The notes under the pieces: generated by a model
Seen by the model: only the letters and a program-made list of their open reading frames with translations
Told to the model about the DNA's origin: nothing
The model's database searches: none
Position numbers and translations under genes: made by a program
DNA from: Candidatus Thorarchaeota archaeon
Lineage (GTDB): Archaea; Asgardarchaeota; Thorarchaeia; Thorarchaeales; Thorarchaeaceae
Assembly: GCA_048884965.1 (NCBI GenBank)
Contig: JBHLQH010000001.1
Span: 160,001-224,000, forward strand
Direction: 5' to 3'
Length of the DNA stretch: 64,000 nt
Shown: positions 57,566 through 64,000 of the stretch, piece by piece
Layout of the letters: each line of letters begins with the position of its first letter
Numbering within the stretch: the first letter of the stretch is position 1

Positions 57566-57606
57566 AGGTAGGGCCCGTCTCAGAAGAAAGAGTTGTAGGT
57601 ATTCGC
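57566..57606 (+). repeat. Dispersed GTAG-led short repeat, copy 4
   Basis: AGGTAGGGCCCGTCTCAGAAGAAAGAGTTGTAGGTATTCGC. Confidence 0.7.
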
Positions 57607-57812
57607 GTGGTTAGGAGGGGGAGATTTAGTTTTATTCCGAGCCGGAACCCTATATGGAAGTCGATTCAAGGTATTATAATACTTATCTTTGATGCAGAAA
57701 TGAACTGATAGCTTCATATTTAATAGAATAGACATTTCACGAAGCAAAAATCGTCAGAATACTACCAAAACTGAAGTCCACTAATTCTGTGAGGCCGTGC
57801 CCCAATGGCACC

Positions 57813-58172
57813 CTAATAGCCCCATTCCTGTCCAAGGCGCTGACGATACCAGCGTTGTCCCTTCTTAGTAAGTGAATATACACCCATGATGTCCTGAAGG
57901 AGTCCCATGCTTATCATATTCTGAACCACATTGTACAGGGAAGCATCAGCTGCTCCAGTTGCCTGCTTGAGTTGCTCGAAATCCATCTTACCCTCACGCT
58001 TGAGAGTCTGAGCGATATCGAACTTGCCAGTGGATCGTGTTTCTTGTCTGGTGACGATATGACCACAGTTGGTACAGATCATGTCTCCTTTATGGTCGTC
58101 ACGGGCTACTTCCTTCGCTCCACAGATCGGACAGGATGTCTTTGAGAATCTTAGTGAACGTCGGTGTGACAT
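57813..58172 (-). CDS. TFIIB-type Zn-ribbon + wHTH protein
   Basis: CPICG......D..KGDMICTNCGHIV followed by a wHTH ending YSLTKKG. Confidence 0.8.
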   Translation of the reverse strand: MSHRRSLRFSKTSCPICGAKEVARDDHKGDMICTNCGHIVTRQETRSTGKFDIAQTLKREGKMDFEQLKQATGAADASLYNVVQNMISMGLLQDIMGVYSLTKKGQRWYRQRLGQEWGY

Positions 58173-58234
58173 GTATAACGACCAAAGTTGGCACGACGTG
58201 GAGCCTTGATAAAACTAACGACATGACAGTAAAA

Positions 58235-58750
58235 CTACTCGTCACCTGATTTGGTTTGGGCAAGCTTTCTGAAGAAGGCTTCGTAGTCTATCTCAAAGGC
58301 GACCCTACTCCCTGGACGTGCCTTACCACCTCTCCCATCAAGCTCGATATATCCCATATCGCTCAACTCACGAAGATCTGTTACTACGCTGCGTCTAGCT
58401 TTCCGCCGAAACTCACGAATCCTATCAATGCTGACCCAGTCCCCTTCCTGATATGCTAGGGTGATTACCACCAGCAAGGTTGCAGCCAATCGATCCGGTA
58501 AGGGTGAGTCCTCCAGCAAAATATCACTGCTAGTGTCAGTGTCTAAGTAGAACACATGACTTACTGGATTATGGCGAATAACAAGTCCAACAGGTTCGAC
58601 CTTGCGATGCAACTCCGCTAACCTCTGAAACAGGATATGCCTACCAGCTCCCTCTGGCAGTCCCAGTGCATCGAGCATATCATCTACACCAGCTCCAATG
58701 GGATCTCCTGTTCTTGTGAGTAGTTTCATGAGGATGGAGTACTCGTTCAT
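58235..58750 (-). CDS. Tandem winged-helix KITE-like protein (Nse1/Nse3/ScpB-like)
   Basis: Two wHTH-like units; L.EL...GYI......G...PGSRVAFEI C-terminal motif. Confidence 0.62.
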   Translation of the reverse strand: MNEYSILMKLLTRTGDPIGAGVDDMLDALGLPEGAGRHILFQRLAELHRKVEPVGLVIRHNPVSHVFYLDTDTSSDILLEDSPLPDRLAATLLVVITLAYQEGDWVSIDRIREFRRKARRSVVTDLRELSDMGYIELDGRGGKARPGSRVAFEIDYEAFFRKLAQTKSGDE

Positions 58751-58821
58751 CGAATCTAAGAAAACTCAATAGCAATTAAACTTAGCACTTTAGGGTCTAT
58801 GAACTCGCCTTTCGTGCCTTC

Positions 58822-59208
58822 TTAGTTGATCTCAAAGGAGTCCTCATCTGAATCTCCATAGAGTTTCTTGTACACATTTGAGATCTTCCCTTCCTTCTGA
58901 AGATTGTCGATATACTCTCTCTCCTTTTGCAGGCGAATCCTACCGAGTTCAATCTTCTTGTTTATCCATTCTTCTCCATCTAAATTATACCACTTCCAAA
59001 ACAAGAGGGCTCCAATCAAGAAAAGAATCGCAGAAAACAATCCGTATCCCAATTGTATTCCGAAGATTGCTGATGCTGATTGAGTGTTCAGAGTATTATC
59101 AAAACCAAATCCACTGATAATCATCAAGAACAGTGCGTTGCCAATCGAGATTGCGGGTTTAGTGATCAGGGCATTCATACCTGCATAAGTTTCTGGTCGA
59201 ATCCTTCG
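58822..59208 (-). pseudogene. C-terminal remnant of a GPH-family (MelB-like) MFS transporter
   Basis: Frame extends upstream as RRIRPETYAGMNALITKPAISIG...QSASAIFGI...Y.LDG. Only the last two TMs are present and the upstream space is occupied by another gene. Confidence 0.7.
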
Positions 59209-59295
59209 TATGCTGATTTATACAGATAAGCAATCTACATACTCATCCCACTTGAAGTAAGTGGAGACATTTCTCCACTCAGAAAGGAATCTCAC

Positions 59296-59325
59296 AAAAA
59301 GGGAGGGATTGATTGCAATCCCTCC
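59296..59325 (-). terminator. Intrinsic-type hairpin with U tract
   Basis: GGAGGGATTG-ATTG-CAATCCCTCC perfect 10-bp stem with an adjacent A5 (U5 on the minus strand), about 10 nt after the 59336 stop. Confidence 0.75.
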
Positions 59326-59335
59326 AAGAATCTGA

Positions 59336-59776
59336 TCAATTTATCTGTACAACTCCATAGCAAGTCCATATCGGAGTTATCATTGACTCTATGTGTATAT
59401 TTCGTCCGATGAGATAGGCCCAATCAGTAGATGCTGTTGTTACCTCACCATTCATGACTCCCTCTCCAGTGGACCAAACCACATGTCCAGTTATTGTTCC
59501 TTCAATTGATTCTCCATCATCCCAAACAATCATTATTTTTCCAGAGAATTTTTGAACATCTGGTAGATCTCTCCATTCAATGACATCAAAGTAGAGAGTC
59601 CCTTGACTGCCATCTTCTCTCGTTATATCACCTGTCCATTCGGGTTCGAATGTATACCAGGCATCGAAATTCCACAGTTGCGGAGGTTTAGCCTGAACAG
59701 GAGCGACTGACACCAACGCAAGTATGAGAAAGAGACTGAGTATGCCGATACTTCCTAGCCTTCGAATTCTTTTCAC
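59336..59776 (-). CDS. Secreted beta-rich hypothetical protein
   Basis: GGAGGTGA SD, signal peptide ending PVQA, beta-strand-rich mature part. Confidence 0.8.
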   Translation of the reverse strand: MKRIRRLGSIGILSLFLILALVSVAPVQAKPPQLWNFDAWYTFEPEWTGDITREDGSQGTLYFDVIEWRDLPDVQKFSGKIMIVWDDGESIEGTITGHVVWSTGEGVMNGEVTTASTDWAYLIGRNIHIESMITPIWTCYGVVQIN

Positions 59777-59826
59777 TAGTTCACCTCCAAACTCGCTAAG
59801 GACATTTGTCCTCCCTTTGCTCTGAC

Positions 59827-59898
59827 ATTACTTTGTAATAAATATTACGTTATTACATTATTACATTAGAAGTTATATTTAATAGAACCCTTTGTAAT
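59827..59898. promoter_or_regulatory. ATTAC/GTAAT repeat array in a divergent promoter
   Basis: ATTAC at 59827, 59844, 59852, 59860 (last three 8 bp apart); GTAAT at 59835 and 59894. Confidence 0.55.
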
Positions 59899-59923
59899 AG
59901 AATAAGTAGAGAAGGCATTTCCA

Positions 59924-60232
59924 TTGACGAAGAAGAAAACCAATACATCACAGAGCTTAAAGTCTGCAATGATTGAAGAACTCTCCCTCAAAACATCCGA
60001 CTCAACTCGTGATATTGCGGTTATGACACGTCTAAATGGTGAAAGTGTAAATATGCTAGACATTCTCGTGAAAGTAGGGATCTTTAAGAGTAGATCTGAA
60101 GCAGTTGCTGCAATTATTGAGAAGACATTGCTAACACACAAAGACAAATTCGCACAACTAGAGGTTGAAATAGCTAAATTAGAAGAGATCCAGGAGAAGG
60201 CCAAAGAAATAGCATTCGATGTAATCAAGTGA
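59924..60232 (+). CDS. Ribbon-helix-helix (CopG-like) DNA-binding protein with coiled-coil tail
   Basis: VMTRL......LD.LV..GIFKSRSEAV pattern. Confidence 0.75.
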   Translation: MTKKKTNTSQSLKSAMIEELSLKTSDSTRDIAVMTRLNGESVNMLDILVKVGIFKSRSEAVAAIIEKTLLTHKDKFAQLEVEIAKLEEIQEKAKEIAFDVIK

Positions 60233-60237
60233 TTCAA

Positions 60238-61707
60238 CTATCTTGTTATCTCAGGTAAATGAAAGTCAACCATGTCATGTATGTACATCATACTCGAATC
60301 AGATATAGACCTGAGCTCACTAACCAGTTTCTTATATTCTCCATAGTTACCATGCTTCCAGTGATACTTGGCTTTCAGAATCTTAGCTTGGGCAATGAAA
60401 CCAGGAAATTGCTTTTCCTCTACGTATTTATCAAACCGATTCAACCAAGAATCTGAAGAAGATATGTCTACTATTCCGTTCGTTTCTACTTCAATATCTG
60501 CAAGGTGAAAGAAACACAGATTCTTGTAAAGATGATCTGCATCGCTAAACTGAGCCATCAACATTTCAAGTGTGTTAATAGCACTTTGAAAATCACCAGT
60601 GTCTTTCTCGAGTATTCCCTCAAGTAACAGATGAAGATTCATTGCCTTTTGGAGACCTGACTTAATGGCTAGTTGCTTTCCTTTATCGAGATAAGAAAGC
60701 GCTTTTACAGTATCTCCAAGTATGATACTAGCATAGGCGATGTTTAAGTAATAAAGAGGTAAAAGCCTCTTCCTTCCATCAAATTTTCCTTTCGAGTTCT
60801 CTAAATAATTAAGCGCATCTCTTCCTCTTCCTAGCAAAGTGTATACAAGTGGAAATGTCAGGTCTGCGAAAGCTTCAGGATGGTTAATTGATGTTGTAAG
60901 ATCATGATACTCTTGAGAATACTGCAGCGAGGCGTTATATTCACCTCGCAAATTCGTTAGCGATCTCAAGAATTCCAAATTTCTAGCAACACCCCATGAA
61001 TATCCAAGATCTCTGCCTATTCTCGTACTTTCCAACATCATGTCTATTGCATGTTGAGTATCATTAGATCGAATTATCGAGGCAATGTAGTATAATCCGT
61101 CTGATACAAGAGGTAGGTCATCAAACTTTCGTGCTATCATTAAACCTTGTTTAAAAAGCACTAACGCATCCGCGTGATATCCCTTAATGAGTAACTGGTA
61201 AGCTTCGAGACCGATCAGCAAAGATTTGAAGAACTTATAATCTGGATCAATCATAATGCGTTTATCCAGAATATCCATAATCCTGAGTTGAGTGTCACTC
61301 TCAGGATACCAAGATTCGGCCGCTTTACGCCATGCAAGATAGAGATGGCATCCAAGCCAGTCATTCGGAATGCACTCTAATGCTTTTGCGAGAGTTTCTC
61401 TCATTGCTTCCATCCGAATAGACTCACCATGAATGGTACGAACAGCCTGAAGAAGGGGTTCAACTATAAGGTATGCTGACTGGTTTCTGATGAAAGGCAT
61501 CAGGAGAGTGTACTCATCTATATTATACGAGTGAAACACAGCGAAGTATAACACTTCTTCTGAAACATTTTCTGATTGTGCTAACTCACATAATTTTTTA
61601 CAGAATTCACCATAATGTTCTGACTCTGCCATCACAGATTCAAGTACTACTTTGGTATCCTCACTTACATGTGGAAAACATATGGTAATGGTTCCAAGCG
61701 GTTTCAC
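60238..61707 (-). CDS. TPR-like helical repeat protein
   Basis: Repeated A..L...GL.IAR / A..YL..G..LA helical pairs; starts MKPLGTITICFP. Confidence 0.75.
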   Translation of the reverse strand: MKPLGTITICFPHVSEDTKVVLESVMAESEHYGEFCKKLCELAQSENVSEEVLYFAVFHSYNIDEYTLLMPFIRNQSAYLIVEPLLQAVRTIHGESIRMEAMRETLAKALECIPNDWLGCHLYLAWRKAAESWYPESDTQLRIMDILDKRIMIDPDYKFFKSLLIGLEAYQLLIKGYHADALVLFKQGLMIARKFDDLPLVSDGLYYIASIIRSNDTQHAIDMMLESTRIGRDLGYSWGVARNLEFLRSLTNLRGEYNASLQYSQEYHDLTTSINHPEAFADLTFPLVYTLLGRGRDALNYLENSKGKFDGRKRLLPLYYLNIAYASIILGDTVKALSYLDKGKQLAIKSGLQKAMNLHLLLEGILEKDTGDFQSAINTLEMLMAQFSDADHLYKNLCFFHLADIEVETNGIVDISSSDSWLNRFDKYVEEKQFPGFIAQAKILKAKYHWKHGNYGEYKKLVSELRSISDSSMMYIHDMVDFHLPEITR

Positions 61708-61836
61708 GATTACTCCTCAACGAGAGAAACCTATAGATATTAGCTGACCTTCTAAATCAGTTTTTTCCCAGATTGAAACGAATGACGTAAAAATCATGCA
61801 AACCAGAAATACAATTACTTTTCAAGACTGCTCAAG

Positions 61837-62517
61837 TCATGTGGAATTTATGTTTCTATTGTATGGGCATGCTTCAATACATCGAATACACCACAAAACA
61901 GCATTCTTCGTAATGTATTCAAGGTTGCTTTCACAATAGCTGCGACATTTCTTCTTGTCATACCCTTGAGTCAATGCGTCAGCTGGACATGCCTTGATAC
62001 ATAGGGTACATTCTTTGCAGAGATCATTTTCAAGCAGAGGATCCGAGTTGAATTGAGCGTCAGTCACCAATGCTCGAAGCCTGATGTTAGGACCAAAATC
62101 AGGATTCAGCAATAGGTTGTTATTTCCAAATACGCCAATTCCCGCATAGTAGCCTGCTTCTTTCAGAAATATCGATGGTTCATATGGAACAACTTCGGCT
62201 ATATGACCTGATCGTTCAATGAACAATGCAATTCGATATGCAATGCCTCTCAGAATCTCATCTTCAAAAGCTCTAGACGGTCTCCCTGTTTCTCTCCACT
62301 CTTCTGTATGCAACCAAAGGTCAAGTGATGGATCCACCATGTGAATGCCAATAACTATGACTGTCTTTGCAGATTCAAGCGTTGATTGAGGATGGTTGTC
62401 AGCGGCAAAATCTGTAAACCGATCTATAGAAGCAAAACCGATGAGATCAGCACCCCATTTTTTCGCTTTCTCTCTTACTTCCATCTTCAAAGCATCAATA
62501 GAGGTCAGGTGTATCAT
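61837..62517 (-). CDS. Epoxyqueuosine reductase (QueG)-like Fe-S protein
   Basis: GADLIGFA, AGIG.FG.NNLL..P.FGP.IRL...VTD, CKECTLCIKACP, CIRCIEACP. Confidence 0.85.
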   Translation of the reverse strand: MIHLTSIDALKMEVREKAKKWGADLIGFASIDRFTDFAADNHPQSTLESAKTVIVIGIHMVDPSLDLWLHTEEWRETGRPSRAFEDEILRGIAYRIALFIERSGHIAEVVPYEPSIFLKEAGYYAGIGVFGNNNLLLNPDFGPNIRLRALVTDAQFNSDPLLENDLCKECTLCIKACPADALTQGYDKKKCRSYCESNLEYITKNAVLWCIRCIEACPYNRNINST

Positions 62518-62600
62518 CTCTAGTATTTATTCAGCAAATGCATGCCTGCTCCTTGAACTAAGAGAGGGAGGATATAGGGATTTCGTCTGATTCTTGCACC

Positions 62601-64000
62601 TTAGTATTCTTTGTATTTATTGAATACCAGACTCTTCACAGTGACTGGAAATACATGACCTTCATGTAATGGGGCCCCAATGTCAATCCAATCTCCTTCT
62701 TCGAGGACCAATTCGTCGAGACTAATCAGATTGTGTTGAATCGAGGTCTCTCTCTTTGTCATCAACCCAACCATCTTTCCAATATCCGTTTCAAAAAGGA
62801 GGATAACCATCATCTTATTGCCAATTGTTTTTGGAAGAGCATTTTCAATCGACTTGACGAATTCCTGCAGCCATGAATATGACCTGTAAAGAGCATCTTT
62901 GAAGTAGAGCGCAACAATTCCCTCGCTCTCGACCATATCGTGCTTTTTGAAGGATCGCTTTACTTCTTCTTCAACTATACCGGGCCGATAATTCTCTGTT
63001 GTCACATTGATTGGGAGAACCGGGATGTTGACAATTGGAAATTCTATTGTCCTATCAAAGTAACATGTTGATCCGGATATGGATAGAGTGAATGCACCTG
63101 CGCCTATGACAGTTGCTCTAATCTTCGTTTCAGGCTCGATGAACTCCATATCATGTTTGTTTGCTAAAGTCTTCAATTCTTGAGCAAGGTACAATCCAAT
63201 GTCATCATAGAACTTCTCTGAACCATAGAATAGCTCCGCAATTCCGCCAGAGAACGAATACTGATCAACCTTGATAGAGAGATCAATGTCTTTGGTCATC
63301 ATAAGTTCTTTAGCTATGGAGCTGCTAGCAGAACCTAGCATGACTTCTATCAAAGCTTCAGCATATGTATGAGCAATCAATCTCACGTCTTCCTCCGGGA
63401 TAATGTCGTCCAATTTGTAGTTCATCCCTAGCTCTTTCATGACGAATTTGGTTGGTTCATCGATTCTCCATATCTTGAACTCATCGTCAATTCCTAGCAA
63501 GCGACCTCCTACATTGATGCAACCTGTACTGTGAATATGACCTCTGGTTGTAATTGCGATATTACTGGTTCCGCCGCCGATATCTACATTCATTATTGTC
63601 TTATTTGTTTCTTTGGAAATCTCGACAACTCCACTTCCCATAGCACCAAGAACTGATTCGTAATTCGGACCAGCAACAGCACTAACAAATTTTCCTGATT
63701 CGGAGGATAGACGTTTCACAATCTCCTCTGCGTTCTGCTTCTTAGCGATTTCTCCAGTGACAATGACGGCACCAGTATCAACCATATCCGTTGTAATTCC
63801 AGCTTTTTGATACTCTTCCTTGCAGAACCCAATTATCGCCTCAATATCGATTGTGTATCTATCTAGGAGTGGTGTGAAGATAATTTCACTCTCATAGATA
63901 ATCTCTCTGTCTTCTAGCATGAATCGATTTGTGGGATTTACGAATGTCCTCTCTCTCTTTAATGCGAGTCGAGAAAAGACCAAGTGTGATGTGGAAGATC
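62601..64000 (-). CDS. eutA: EutA-like reactivating factor (5' end outside window)
   Basis: Frame stays open to the window edge (SSTSHLVFSRL); TGAVIVTGE, NVDIGGGTSN, NVGGRL, IRATVIGAG...SGST. Confidence 0.9.
   Translation of the reverse strand, partial: SSTSHLVFSRLALKRERTFVNPTNRFMLEDREIIYESEIIFTPLLDRYTIDIEAIIGFCKEEYQKAGITTDMVDTGAVIVTGEIAKKQNAEEIVKRLSSESGKFVSAVAGPNYESVLGAMGSGVVEISKETNKTIMNVDIGGGTSNIAITTRGHIHSTGCINVGGRLLGIDDEFKIWRIDEPTKFVMKELGMNYKLDDIIPEEDVRLIAHTYAEALIEVMLGSASSSIAKELMMTKDIDLSIKVDQYSFSGGIAELFYGSEKFYDDIGLYLAQELKTLANKHDMEFIEPETKIRATVIGAGAFTLSISGSTCYFDRTIEFPIVNIPVLPINVTTENYRPGIVEEEVKRSFKKHDMVESEGIVALYFKDALYRSYSWLQEFVKSIENALPKTIGNKMMVILLFETDIGKMVGLMTKRETSIQHNLISLDELVLEEGDWIDIGAPLHEGHVFPVTVKSLVFNKYKEY

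Noticed and set aside
56710-57606. Repeats as a CRISPR array or integron attC sites
   Set aside because: Spacing is about 420-435 nt with genes in between, copies are diverged and there are no cas genes. attC-like GTT/AAC boxes are only partial and no integrase is visible.
59866-60237. 123-aa minus-strand ORF
   Set aside because: Antisense to the RHH gene, which has a recognisable motif.

Overview
Gene-dense archaeal chromosomal window, most likely an Asgard archaeon (Thorarchaeia-like). This is inferred from archaeal marker families (ZPR1, DUF2070, DUF2299, thiolase+DUF35, archaeal-type tRNA-Ala) together with longin-like and other eukaryote-signature-like domains. Housekeeping and metabolic content: acyl-CoA dehydrogenase, thiolase/DUF35, 2-oxoacid:ferredoxin oxidoreductase delta/alpha/beta, UbiX, a PadR-linked heterodimeric ABC exporter, a P-type ATPase, an H+-PPase, two M28 peptidases, an MFS transporter, a PLP desulfhydrase, a QueG-like protein and a partial EutA. 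The most unusual elements are: (1) two tandem paralogous giant single-pass surface proteins (1514 and 3329 aa) sharing an N-terminal head but differing in stalk length and cytoplasmic output (longin+wHTH versus wHTH), suggesting a receptor system; (2) a 761-aa protein with eight alternating Cys3His metal-binding repeats fused to an adaptin-ear/BBSome-like appendage, co-oriented with an apparently catalytically dead SAMHD1-like HD protein; (3) an NPRL2-like longin protein next to an 8-TM protein; (4) a circularly permuted family-5 solute-binding protein flanked by three paralogous small membrane proteins and GTAG-led REP-like repeats; (5) an Nse1/Nse3-like KITE protein. No rRNA, CRISPR array, transposase or integrase was seen. 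All domain calls come from motif recognition by eye; no searches were run.
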